A DNA stretch of 41,044 nucleotides from Octopus bimaculoides (GCF_001194135.2 NC_068997.1:27365108-27406151), one strand, 5' to 3'; positions 10,837-25,327 are shown, numbered from the stretch's first letter. The notes: a model not told the origin generated them from the letters alone. Numbers and translations are program-made.

Positions 10837-13800
10837 GAAATATGTTACAAAAACAAAATAAAACTACACGTGGAAATGTAGAGGGAAAGTAAGAAGAAAA
10901 ACAAGCTAATACACACACACCTATACACACACATATACACATATATTGTATATATATTTTAATGGTATTCTATCGTTTCATTATTGTATATTTATATAAC
11001 TTCTACAATAATGTTTTAATTGTTTCGTTTGGTGCATTTCAGGACCTCCAGGCCCCGTTGCAGGCGTGTATGCGCAACAGCTACCTGGGATAGAAAGAGG
11101 ATTCCAAGTAATATGGACTGATGGCGACTCTCATATGGCACCTATACAGTTCTTTACCATTTTAGCGGCCAATAATTACAACCGGAATTACGTTCCTATT
11201 GTCGAAAGTAAGTAAAGTAAAACACTTTGTTCTACCACAAGTAATGGGAGTAGTCAAACTCTACAGCTGTTTCAAAAGGATATTGAATGCATATTGTGAA
11301 TAATTAAAATGCCTCATATCTTTCAGGTGTCCTTTCTCCTCAAGTACATTCAGCTCGTCTGTTGAAAATTACTTGTCTTGAATTAAAAAAGAAAACGAGC
11401 TAGGCAAAAGTTGTACATTTTATCAATCGAGAGTTGTGTGGAAAGTGGAATTGATAAAGAGCCAGTTGCTTTTTCTACTCACAGATTACCTTAGCGAGAT
11501 AGATTGGGTGTGGCTTCAAGGAGGTCGCTTTGTTAACTCCATAATTTATGGTGTGGCCAGAGATTATTCTAATTTGATTAATGTTTTCACTCTGTGGTTG
11601 AATTGGTCATTTCGGTGTCATGGCGCAGAAGCCAGAACACAAGAGTGGGATGTTTATTATTTAGGAAAGATAATGGGAGTAGCAAAATCTTATAGAAAGA
11701 GAAAACCCAGCTAAACGTATTAAATAAAGTGACACTTGTAAGTTACGCGAAAGTATACACACTCCCAGACACAAAAGAAACTACGCGCCGCACGCATACA
11801 CGGCACACTCAACTCGTACTCGATCCTGAAAAGATGAAAAGCAAAGTGGATCTCGGCGGAATTTGAATTGAGAACGTAAAGCCGGAAGAAATGCCGCTAA
11901 GCATTTTCTCCGGCGTAGTAACGATTCTACCAACTCACATCCTTGATTGCCTTAATAATTAAGGTTTCTAATTTACGCACAAGGCCAGCAATTTTGATGT
12001 CAGTACTTGACTAGTACTTTATTTTATCTACCCTAAAAGCACGGAAAATGAAGTTGACTTCCGCTGGATATGAACTCAAAACGAGACATTTTTGTCCGAC
12101 GTTTTAACAATTCTGCCTTCTCATTGCCTTAACAAAACTGTTGAGTCTCTTCACAACTAGTATTGATTTGCTTATGAGCCTATAACATGAAAGGGAGAAA
12201 ATAGAAAATAGGGATAGATGACAAAAACGAGAACAGCTCGGTGAGTGTAGCTGCTAACCCTTCCTTTGAAACAAGCAGAAGTTACCGAGTAGTTTTGTGG
12301 TTAATAGTTAGTGTGTTCAAACCCCAATGCCACTGGGGAATATACGTATATACATATTTAAGTATCTGCTTCTATCTGTTTTTGCCTGATTCGTTAAGAA
12401 TTTTCGTTAAATATTCACCAGTGTTGTACTTGTTTACTTTAATGAAGCATCACATGATGTGTGTGTGTGTTTGTATATGTGTGCATGTGTGTGTATATGT
12501 ATGCTTGCGTAGGTGTACGTGTATAGATGTATGTATATGGAGGTGTACGTGCAAACGTGTATATGTGAATATTATGTGTGAGAATATTGTGTGCAGACGT
12601 GTGTGTGTCTGTATATGTGGGTGTTTATGTATATGTAGATGTGTTTATAGATGTGTGCGTGTATAGTGTGCCTGTGTGTGCATGTGCGTGTGTGTGCAAA
12701 TGTGCGTGTGTGTGTGTAGATGTGTACGTGTGTATGTGAATTTGTGTGTGGTTGTGTGCGTAGTTGTTTATGCACGTGTGTATATGTGTGTGTTATCGCG
12801 TGAGAAGATATATGCATGTGTGTAGATGTGTATATATGCATGTATGTGCATGTGTGCATGTGTGTAATATGTGCAATGTGTGCATGTATGTGCGGTGCAA
12901 TAGTTAAAGCCCAACAGAGAATAGTAAAACGATTCAAATGATGAGCCGACGGGCAAATCCAAAAAACACTAAATTCCTCGTCGCTGTTGCAGAACGGCCC
13001 CTGTACGCTCATTCCACCTCCTCTCTCTCTCTCTCTCTCTCTCTCNNNNNNNNNNNNNNNNNNNNNNNNNNNNNNNNNNNNNNNNNNNNNNNNNNNNNNN
13101 NNNNNNNNNNNNNNNNNNNNNNNNNNNNNNNNNNNNNNNNNNNNNNNNNNNNNNNNNNNNNNNNNNNNNNNNNNNNNNNNNNNNNNNNNNNNNNNNNNNN
13201 NNNNNNNNNNNNNNNNNNNNNNNNNNNNNNNNNNNNNNNNNNNNNGTAGTGGTCATAACAGTGGTGTAGATGATGGTGGCGGTGGTTGTAGAGGTGGAGA
13301 TGGTAATGATATGAAGGTGACGGTGATGATTGATAATGATAATGCTGGTGATAATGATGATGAAGATGATGATATGGAGGAGGAGGAGGAGGAGGGGAGG
13401 AGAAAGGGAATGAGAAGAAGATGGAGAGCGTTGTTATTAGTGATGACGACGACCTTGATGAAGAAAATGGAGGTAATGATGGTGGTGGCGGTGGTGGTTT
13501 GTTGTTGATGATGATGGCGGCGACGATGAGAACGATAACGATGATGATAATAATGATAATGGTATTGGTGATGATGATGATGATGTTGACGACGACGACG
13601 ACGCCGACGACGACGACGGATGATGAAAATAATAGTCATGATGATGATCGTGTTGATGGTGATGATAAGCGCGGTAACGATGATTGGGATGATGGTCTTG
13701 ATGATGATGATGATGATGATGCCGATGGTGGTGGCCATGGCAGTGATGGTGGGATTGCTGGTAGTAGGGAGTAGAATGTGGGGGGAAAGGTGGGGACGAA

Positions 13801-14971
13801 TGTAAAAGAGAATCTAATTAAAGCCGCACAGATTACTTAATAACAGTGCTGCCAGCTAAAATACCGTGTTTCTACAACGTCATTAAGAAACGCATGTTTG
13901 CCACCCCCCGCTCAACACCCCGTCCACCTCGTCGACACCGCACTCAAGTGTACTTTAAATAAATTATGTAAAAATTTCCTTTTCTCAGCTCGATCAATCA
14001 TTGACGAAACGAAACGAAACAAAGCAAAAAGTAAAAGAAAAACATTGAAAAAGGTAAAAAAAGAGATAACGAATGTTGAAATCAAAACGTTAAAATTTAT
14101 TAGTATAAAAATACAAACTACAAAAGGATAACAAAATATAACAAAACAAAAGACAAGCAAATTAAAAAACAGTATGTTTACTTCTAATTTTAGAAAATAT
14201 TGCATATTAGGTGAAACTTAGAAAGTATTTAATCAATACATTTTCTTTTTTTAATATAAATATTNNNNNNNNNNNNNNNNNNNNNNNNNNNNNNNNNNNN
14301 NNNNNNNNNNNNNNNNNNNNNNNNNNNNNNNNNNNNNNNNNNNNNNNNNNNNNNNNNNNNNNNNNNNNNNNNNNNNNNNNNNNNNNNNNNNNNNNNNNNN
14401 NNNNNNNNNNNNNNNNNNNNNNNNNNNNNNNNNNNNNNNNNNNNNNNNNNNNNNNNNNNNNNNNNNNNNNNNNNNNNNNNNNNNNNNNNNNNNNNNNNNN
14501 NNNNNNNNNNNNNNNNNNNNNNNNNNNNNNNNNNNNNNNNNNNNNNNNNNNNNNNNNNNNNNNNNNNNNNNNNNNNNNNNNNNNNNNNNNNNNNNNNNNN
14601 NNNNNNNNNNNNNNNNNNNNNNNNNNNNNNNNNNNNNNNNNNNNNNNNNNNNNNNNNNNNNNNNNNNNNNNNNNNNNNNNNNNNNNNNNNNNNNNNNNNN
14701 NNNNNNNNNNNNNNNNNNNNNNNNNNNNNNNNNNNNNNNNNNNNNNNNNNNNNNNNNNNNNNNNNNNNNNNNNNNNNNNNNNNNNNNNNNNNNNNNNNNN
14801 NNNNNNNNNNNNNNNNNNNNNNNNNNNNNNNNNNNNNNNNNNNNNNNNNNNNNNNNNNNNNNNNNNNNNNNNNNNNNNNNNNNNNNNNNNNNNNNNNNNN
14901 NNNNNNNNNNNNNNNNNNNNNNNNNNNNNNNNNNNNNNNNNNNNNNNNNNNNNNNNNNNNNNNNNNNNNNN

Positions 14972-15002
<31 letters not shown>

Positions 15003-16648
15003 TTGTGTGTCTGTGTTTGTCCCCCTAACATCGCATGACAACCGATGGTGGTGTGTTTACGTCCCCGTAACTTAGCGTTTCGCCAAAGGAGAACGATAGA
15101 ATAAGTACTAGGCTTACAAAGAATAAGTCCTGGGGTCTATTTGTTCGACTAAAGGTGGTGCTCCAGAATGGCAACAGTAAAATGATTGAAACAAGTTAAA
15201 GAGTAAAAGAGAGTACCATTAGTGTACCCTTTCGGGGAAGAGGAGAAGTCGATTACATGAATCCCAGTAAATAACTGGTACTTATTTTTTCGACAGATGA
15301 AAATCGGCTACAACGGAATTTGAACTCTGACCGTAAATATGGACGAAATGCCGCAAAGAATTTTGACCGGTGTGCTAACGATTCTGTCAGCTCGCCGCCT
15401 TATATTTCGTTTATATTAACCGCAATTAAAATCAATATTGACGTAATATCTGGTGTAAATATTGACGTAACATTCAAATTCCGCCAGGGTCGACTTTACC
15501 TTTTATCCTTTCGGGGTCGATAAAGTAAGTACCAGTCGAGTGCTGGGGTTGATGTAACCGACTTAGCCCCTCACCCGAAATTGCTGGCCTTGTACCAAAA
15601 TTGAAAACCAGTATTGATGTAACATTCAGTAACATTCATTGTTCAAGGCAGAAGGGTGTGATTTAAGGGAATTTAGCTGTCATTTCTACCAAGTCAACTC
15701 CCTAGATTATTTTGTCGTTTGCTTCTGCAAGTACTCATCCCCCATACTCGTACAATGTTCTACCCCATGCATCAAATCCCTTAACTCTCTTTGCCTCTGT
15801 CTGTCTAGCTGTAAATAGTCTTTGTGATAAAACCTTATATCGGTCAAGTGTTTGTTATTGTCTTTCATTCATTAATGTTTTCTTTTCAGATATACCCTAT
15901 CAAAACACGCTGCTCTCAACCAAATACCCGCGCTCCTTTATAGTTGAAAAGCTGTACCCAGGCCTACAGTATTCGTTTAAAGTTCAAGCAACCAATTTTT
16001 TTGGCAGAGGCCCAGTGAGTTTACCATCAGGTAATGGATGACTATAGTTAAAGCTCTATATTGTATCACTAGCAACAGAAATCTAGAAATATTTAAACCA
16101 ATAAAAAAATCTATAGGTTTTCAAATCAATTCCTTCAAGGTCAATAAAATATGGTACTAGTCAAGTACTGGGTCTCTTTTAAAAATTCAGGTCCTGTATC
16201 TATGTCATTAGAGTAAAGGCGTCAAGGCATATCAGTTGAACTGCGGTATCGGCATTTCATCCTAATCGTCAATACAGTCGTATTATGAATACAGGAACTT
16301 TAAAGACGAAGTTTTCTACGGATCGAACACACAGCTCATTCTTCAAACTAACAATATACGTTAGGAAGTGGGCCCAGTATTTCAGATACCTTCAAATCAT
16401 CCTCGATAGCGAAGAAACGCGGTCGGCGGACACCGTATACTCAGCCAATTCCTTACATATAAATTATATTTCTTAGTGCACCGTTCATGTCATCAATAGT
16501 CTGTATGTAACGCTATGGATACCCTTATATTTTCCAGTTTATTACTCTGTACGTGAAGATTCTCCTGACAAGGCTCCTGATGAGGTCGGTGGTGGAGGAG
16601 GATCAGTCGGGACTCTGAAGATAACGTGGACAGTAAGATACCTTTATC

Positions 16649-16747
<99 letters not shown>

Positions 16748-16941
16748 CTGTGTGTCATTTTATCTGTCTAATGCATTCATTTTCCCTTGTTTCAGAAACT
16801 TGAGCCTAAAGACCAAGGAGGAACTGGCATTGGCTACATTGTATATTGGAGGGAAAAGTTCGATTTTCCGTGGTTATTTGTGAGTTCTCTTCATTGTATA
16901 ATCCATTCTGTTGTCGGAATCTCACAGATTGCTTCGTTTCC

Positions 16942-16999
<58 letters not shown>

Positions 17000-17802
17000 G
17001 TTAATGTTTCCCTGACTATTTCTAAACTGACACCCTGCTTTGCCTTCTTTAATAATAAACTAAGCGGGATCAAACATACGACAAATATTAAAGGGGATAA
17101 CGAGTCTACTTGGAAAATTCCTCCCTCAATATTAACTTTCCCTAAGACTGTGTCACCTGAGTAGAGATCGACTTTCCATTTCTTCATGCTACAGCTAAAT
17201 AATTCTCTTATGTTGTCTGTTATACTGAATATACTCAGACATTCACTTATCCATGAGTGTGGGATCATGTNNNNNNNNNNNNNNNNNNNNNNNNNNNNNN
17301 NNNNNNNNNNNNNNNNNNNNNNNNNNNNNNNNNNNNNNNNNNNNNNNNNNNNNNNNNNNNNNNNNNNNNNAGGGGAAACGAACGCATGGAGCGATGCGTG
17401 AGGCAAACCGGAATAACGGGATACAATATCCGCGATCTTTCGGATGAGGGGATAAAGAATACATTTTTCGAGTATATCGCAACTTATAAAGTTAATGTTG
17501 GACTAGCGCAATAACAACAACAACAACAGCAACAACAATAATAATCATAATAAGAAGAAGAAGAATACATGCATACATTCGTAAACAAATACACACACAC
17601 ACACACGCACACACTCACATGCATTTGCGGTATCTGTTGCAAATTTGGCAGGAATTCTGGAAGGTTTTCAAGATACTCCCACCACGCAATCGAGATTTTT
17701 TTTTCTCCTTTTTAAAGCCATTGTTTATCTTGTCTCTCCCTGGAATAGTGGCGATTATAACGGGAAATAATTATATTCTTCGTCCAATTATTTGTTTTTC
17801 TG

Positions 17803-17844
<42 letters not shown>

Positions 17845-17854
17845 NNNNNNNNNN

Positions 17855-17899
<45 letters not shown>

Positions 17900-18686
17900 A
17901 GCGACGAGCTAGCAGAATCGTTAACAAGCCAGACAAAATGCTTAGTGGTGATTCTTCTGGGTTTGCGTTCTGAGTTCAAAGTCCGTCGAGATTGAATATG
18001 CCTTACGCACTTTCAGGGAGTAGATCGAATAAATAACAACTGACCCCCTTTCTCTCAAAATTGCAGGCCTTGTGCCTTAATCATAATGAAATGTGCGGAG
18101 CCGCTAGAATCATTAGAACGCTGGTAAAAAAAAATTCGTACAGTATCTGTAAATTCCCTTGAAACAACACAATCTTACTAAATACATTTTAACCGAAGAA
18201 GAAAAAGAAACAAACTCACAAATCTTCCCGCTTCCTTGTAGCTGTTATATTGATACCGATTACCTACTTACCTGTCTGGCACCCTGCCTACTTACCTGTC
18301 TGACATCCTCTCTACCTACCTGACTGGCACCAGCTCTACCTACCTGACTGTTTATCTATCAACCTCTCTACCTACTTACATAGCAACCTACTTACAAACA
18401 TGCACACATAAATACATGCATATCGTTACTATATGTTAAAATGTCGTATGTCCAAATGAGGCCAAAAGGTTGTCTTTTTTTTTAATATTTATTTTTGCTT
18501 GCAATAGCCGGTTCTTTTGGTCAAATGTATCGTATCTCCAGCTGCTTCAAATGCCAAGATAGTAAAAATTGTCAACGTGTGTAGTACAACGGTTTTGCTA
18601 TGGAATGGTGAAACTATTTTTCGTTTTCTGAAAAAAAAAAAAAAAAAGCAACGTCTTGGACTTACGATAATTTTGCATAATAGCAA

Positions 18687-18743
<57 letters not shown>

Positions 18744-18992
18744 AATTCTGCCGAGGTCGACTTTGCCTTTCATCCTTTCGAGGTCGATAAATTAAGTACC
18801 AGTTGCGTACTGCTGTAGATCTGATCGACAGGTCCCCTCCCCCAAAATTTTGGGCTGTTTGGGTGGTGGAACTCCTGTTCGGATGGGTTTGAGGGAGTAT
18901 TCTGCTTCTTTTATTTAGCTCAGTGATATTGCCAGTTGTTTCTGTGACTGTTAGTTCCGTGACGGCCAGGTTTATGCTATTTATTATTGATG

Positions 18993-19049
<57 letters not shown>

Positions 19050-19242
19050 GAAGATGGCGAACTGGATGAATCAGCAGCATTTTGTTCGTCTTTACGTTCT
19101 GAGTTCAAATTCCTCCGAAGTTGAATTTGCCTTTCATCCTTTCGGGGTCGATAAGTTAAATACCAGTTAAATACGGTTGGGATCGATGTAATCGTCTATC
19201 CTCCTTTCCTAAATTTCAAGCCTTTTACCTATAATAGAAAGG

Positions 19243-19283
<41 letters not shown>

Positions 19284-19791
19284 GGAGATCATTGCATGAG
19301 AAATGGGTGTATTACCCACATCTTTTTCCACTGCTCTTCTCTCCTCTCCTTCTCATCGTCATCAGCATCATTATTATCATGATTATTATCGTCATCAACA
19401 GAGTTAAAATCAGAAAGGAACATTGGATTTCCTATATCGATCATGCAGAAATAATCGATAATTTACTCACGTGTCTCCATCCCTCCATATCCACACGGAA
19501 CTCCCCATTATTAAAATCAATCAATTTGTTCTCATTGTGTCCTCATCAATCACTCAAGCACAACACAATCTTACTAAATAAATTTCAACTAAAAAAAACA
19601 AAAAACTTACAAAATTTTTGTATTTTGTTATAAATATTATATTCATATCAATTACCTATCTATCTATCTATCTATCTATCTATCTGTCAACTTATGTACC
19701 TACCTACCTACATACATGCATACTTACATCCCCACCTAGATGCATGCATGTGAATAATTTGTATGTGTTTGTATACATATGTATATATATA

Positions 19792-19857
<66 letters not shown>

Positions 19858-20009
19858 TATATATTTATACATACATACATACATACACACACGCACACAC
19901 ACATATATATATGAATATATATATATGCATAGGTGTATATATGTGCATAGGTATATATACATATATATGTTTATATTTATGTACGCATTTATACGTGTGT
20001 GTGCACATA

Positions 20010-20080
<71 letters not shown>

Positions 20081-20097
20081 ATACAGAGGGAGAGAGG

Positions 20098-20155
<58 letters not shown>

Positions 20156-22793
20156 GAAAGAGCGAAGTTACATATACTCATACATATGCACCTAAAGTCC
20201 TCGTTTTTTATCAAATTTAAGAAGAACTAATAACTAATTGATCTGAAAATTCTTAGCTGGCCTATAATTTAACACTACGTCTTTAAAATCTTCTCATGCA
20301 CCGCTCACACATCAAGCATATCACTTCACCCTATCCGTAAATTTTGTATTCCGACCTCAAATCTATATTTACCTATTTTCTTATTTCTAAAATCAAGTTA
20401 TTACAAGAAAGAAAACGTAAAATTTTTTCCATCAAACCATAAATGATAATTCAATAATATTATATGTTATATATAAAATTTCTTTCCATCCACATAGAAT
20501 ATTTCAGTCCATCCATATGTATTTCTACCGATGCAGACGATTATTTCGTCAGCCGATATAGTCAGTGCTTGATGTGTCGTCAACATGAGATGATATCTCT
20601 GGACGTTAATAGCAGTTTAAAGGAGATCTACTCAACACATCCAACTATGATGGTTGTGCTAATTCTTATTAAATTTCTATCCATCCATATACATAAATTT
20701 CTGTATATTCATATATAAAAATTCTGTACCACCAAATTTAAAATTCTACCCTTCCATACATAATTTTGTTTTTCCATTCATATAAAAAAAATCAGCGGAA
20801 TTCTATTTTAAGCGCCCAATATAACCCTTCATTACTTTTCCATGTTTTGGAATTTTCAGACAATTTTTGAGAATTTGTGTTCTACACAGGAATTCATATG
20901 ATTATTCCAAAAGATTTTGTGTGTGCAACTTAAGGGCGATTTAGCTGTTCGTTTTTAATACATCTCATGACCACCTGCTACCTTCGTTTCATTGTCACTC
21001 TGACATTAGCACCACATCCAAACCATCAACTATCTACGAACACAATACTTAAATACCCACTAGGTTGGATAAACTAATTTACATATTAAACGCATTCTTG
21101 GTAACTGGTACATACATATTAATCGCTGACAAATACATAGTATTTCCTTTTGCAACCGTAATACACTACCAAGCATGTTACAATTTTTCAAGTTAATATC
21201 CTGAGTTCAAAATCTACTGAAGTAGTTTTTCTGTTTCATCCTTTCGGAGCAATACAATCAAATACCAGTCAAGTACTGGGTCAATTTAATCGACTAAATT
21301 TCTTCCATTAACTTCCAGTTTTCATGCTATGGAAAATTTTACTATTATTGTTTTTGTTTTTCAGAAAAAACTCGAAGGCAACATGAATGAATTTTCCGTC
21401 TATGTCGGCCGCAGTAAATATTACACCAAATACGAGATTCAAGTTCAGGCATTCAATAATATCGGTCCAGGGCCAAACTCTTCGATTGTGACTATTTATT
21501 CAGCAGAAGATTGTGAGTATTGCGAGTTGAATGAGACGTCGTCTTGACCGAGCCTGTTTGTATGTGTACGCATGCGCGTTGGTTTCTATGGGTGGATGCG
21601 TGAATTCACGCATATATAGAAGTGGTATGCATATGCATGCATATGTGTATATGTGTGTGTGTATGAATATATATATATATATATATANNNNNNNNNNNNN
21701 NNNNNNNNNNNNNNNNNNNNNNNNNNNNNNNNNNNNNNNNNNNNNNNNNNNNNNNNNNNNNNNNNNNNNNNNNNNNNNNNNNNNNNNNNNNNNNNNNNNN
21801 NNNNNNNNNNNNNNNNNNNNNNNNNNNNNNNNNNNNNNNNNNNNNNNNNNNNNNNNNNNNNNNNNNNNNNNNNNNNNNNNNNNNNGCTTTTTTCTAGTTA
21901 TCCTTTCAAATCAATATTTTTCATCCGATTTCGTTCACGTTGGGAACATACATCACTTATGTTCCAGAGATGGTCATAGACTCTTCAAATTTTCCACATA
22001 ACGAATAACGCCACCCCTAGGGGACGAAAACACTTTCTCATAGGTAAATAACAAATACCAACGATCGTTGCTTCAAGGGACATTACTCTTGATGACGCAG
22101 TTATGCTACTTTCACTTCGTCTTCTACTAGTTTTTACAATGCCCATTCACTGCAAACCGCCGATATTTGCACATTAACATTTTCTTCACGTAGCCATGCA
22201 ATTTAAATCAACTTTTAATTATTTTTTTTAATGCCTTCAGAAATAAATCCATATTATATATATTCTCTGCTTTTACTCATACCAAATTGTGACAGTTATA
22301 CAGTTTTTACAATGACTATTCTCTGCAAACTGCCTATATTTGCACGTTAGCAATTCCTTGAGGCAGCAAGTGTCCCAAGTTTGAAAGTGTTTCGTTAAGA
22401 AAACAAGTGGCACCCGCCAAATCAGAAAAATCAAAATAGTGTCTTACTCAAGGAGACAATGCGCCGCCGAGAATCGATCTCACGACATTGCGATCGTGAG
22501 CCGAATACCTGAACCATTAAGCCACGAGCATTCATTTCGGTGCACCTCACAGCATGTTGAATGAATATTGTTTTACAACGATTTTATGGGAGATGGGTGT
22601 ATATGACTGTGCATTGAATAAATATTTCACTGAGTAGCTTAGGGTGACCTATGTAGCTACTGTAAATGTGGTTGGTGTACATTACTTTGTGCTGAATAAA
22701 CACAATTTCACTGAGGTTAGGGCATAGAAGCTATTGTTATATAATAACCATGATAACCATGATCTCCTGCGATAATCTCTCACTTCCCTCAGG

Positions 22794-22825
<32 letters not shown>

Positions 22826-22906
22826 TACACACACACATGTATTATGTATGTGTGCGTGCATGTGTGCGTGCATGTGTGTGTGTGTCTATGTTTATTTACA
22901 GACACA

Positions 22907-22945
<39 letters not shown>

Positions 22946-23235
22946 ATATATAATTGCTGTTTGTTTTTGTGTCGAGTTATAATAAAAACAATTTAACATT
23001 AAACAAAATATTTAATGAATGTCTTCTTTAGAGCACATGCTTATTACAATCTTACAAGAAGAGATGTCACAAAGATTTTGAAGATTCGGTCTGCTAGCCT
23101 CCGTCAGATGCTGGTCAGCAAATCGACGCTTTGAAGTCACTGTCACTTTCTTCATGTAAAAGTATATTGCATATATATATATATATATTTACGTATGTAG
23201 ATAAATACATACACTTATACATGCATAGAAACATA

Positions 23236-23296
<61 letters not shown>

Positions 23297-23737
23297 NNNN
23301 NNNNNNNNNNNNNNNNNNNNNNNNNNNNNNNNNNNNNNNNNNNNNNNNNNNNNNNNNNNNNNNNNNNNNNNNNNNNNNNNNNNNNNNNNNNNNNNNNNNN
23401 NNNNNNNNNNNNNNNNNNNNNNNNNNNNNNNNNNNNNNNNNNNNNNNNNNNNNNNNNNNNNNNNNNNNNNNNNNNNNNNNNNNNNNNNNNNNNNNNNNNN
23501 NNNNNNNNNNNNNNNNNNNNNNNNNNNNNNNNNNNNNNNNNNNNNNNNNNNNNNNNNNNNNNNNNNNNNNNNNNNNNNNNNNNNNNNNNNNNNNNNNNNN
23601 NNNNNNNNNNNNNNNNNNNNNNNNNNNNNNNNNNNNNNNNNNNNNNNNNNNNNNNNNNNNNNNNNNNNNNNNNNNNNNNNNNNNNNNNNNNNNNNNNNNN
23701 NNNNNNNNNNNNNNNNNNNNNNNNNNNNNNNNNNNNN

Positions 23738-23783
<46 letters not shown>

Positions 23784-24500
23784 CATATACATACATATAT
23801 ACACACACACACACACTCACATGCACACACACATACACACATATACACACCTACACATGTATGAATCTGTGTGAGTATATGTGTTGCGTATATATATACA
23901 CATACATATGTATGTATGTATGTATGTATGTATGTTTGTATGTTTGTGTGTCATTGTCTCCGTGTTTGTCCCCATTTTTGAGTTAATTTTATCCTCATGT
24001 GGTAATGAAAAGGGAAATTGACAGCCAGTATTTATTGTGTCTATGTATCTATGTATGAAATTTTCTTTGGATTTATGTATCTCTCTCACTTTCTCTCTTT
24101 CTCTTTCACTTCCTTTGTATCCCTCTCCTCTCCCGCTTTTAATTTATATGTATATATATCTATGTGTCTACTTCTCTTGTATATGTATCTATGTGTTTAC
24201 TTCTCTTGTATATGTATCTATGTGTCTACTTCTCTTGCGATGTGATAAACATTTAAAAACACAAAACGAACGCTGTTACCATTCAGTGTCTCTTTCACTC
24301 TCTTTCTCTTTCTCTCTCACTTTTCTCTCTCTCTCTTTCTCACTCACTTTTCTCTCTCTCTCTTTTACTCTCTTTCTTTCTCTCTTACGTCTTCTCTGAA
24401 ACATTGAAAAACACAAAACGAACGCCGTCACCACTCACGGTCTCTTTCACTCTCTGTTTTTCTCTCTCACTTTCTCTCTCTCTCTCTCAATCTCTTTCTT

Positions 24501-24536
<36 letters not shown>

Positions 24537-25119
24537 AATCTCTTTCTTTCTCTCTAACGTCCTCTGAAACATTTAAAAACACAAAACGAACGCCGTCACC
24601 CCTCACTGTATCTTTCACTCTCTCACTTTCTCTCTTTCTCTCTCTTTCTCTCTCATTCTCTCCCTCACTCTCTCTTTCTCTCTTACTTCCTCTCTGTCCT
24701 ACTCTCTCGCTTTGCCACTTCTTTGAAGTAAGTGTGACACACACAACAGGTACGTACAAAAACAAAAAGTAAGCGTACTAATATTATTGATGATACTGAA
24801 TAGTTGGCTAAATTACAACATCACTTTAATTGCTGAAACTTTAAATTCCATTATTTACACAATTAAAGGCAACGACTTGGCAGACTCATACACATACATA
24901 TTCATATATAGAAAGATATGTAATCTCTCTCCACCATCTGTGTGTGTGTATGTGTGTATTACGTGCATATTTATTTATTTATCTTTTATACATGTATAAA
25001 GGTTTTCTATATTAAACTGCTCAACTATGTGTATATTAAATAATGTTTGTGTATTATTTTCGTTTGCTTTGACATGTAAAACTATATTGAATAGGTTTTT
25101 GTCTGGCAAGTGCGTAGAG

Positions 25120-25180
<61 letters not shown>

Positions 25181-25265
25181 NNNNNNNNNNACGTACATAA
25201 TTCATACACATGCATGAATATATATCTATATCTATCTATCGCTCTATCTATCCCTCTCGCCTCTC

Positions 25266-25327
<62 letters not shown>

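Noticed and set aside
12938-12958. Hammerhead-like ATGATGAG-CC-GACG-GG-C-AAAT
   Set aside because: The first catalytic C is substituted, the G of GAAA is absent, and I could not find stems I and III.
17371-17514. Continuation of the RT fragment beyond the N-gap
   Set aside because: No RT motif in any frame I translated; left unassigned.
22657-22715. 59-nt open phase 1-0 segment ([20 protein letters not shown]) that would restore frame between exons L and M
   Set aside because: Weak acceptor with no polypyrimidine tract, too short, and lacking the FN3 Pro/Trp/GY hallmarks.
24247-24720. CRISPR-like repeat-spacer array
   Set aside because: Eukaryotic intron; only three units, and the spacers are homologous (CT)n microsatellites rather than unique sequences. 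No cas genes.
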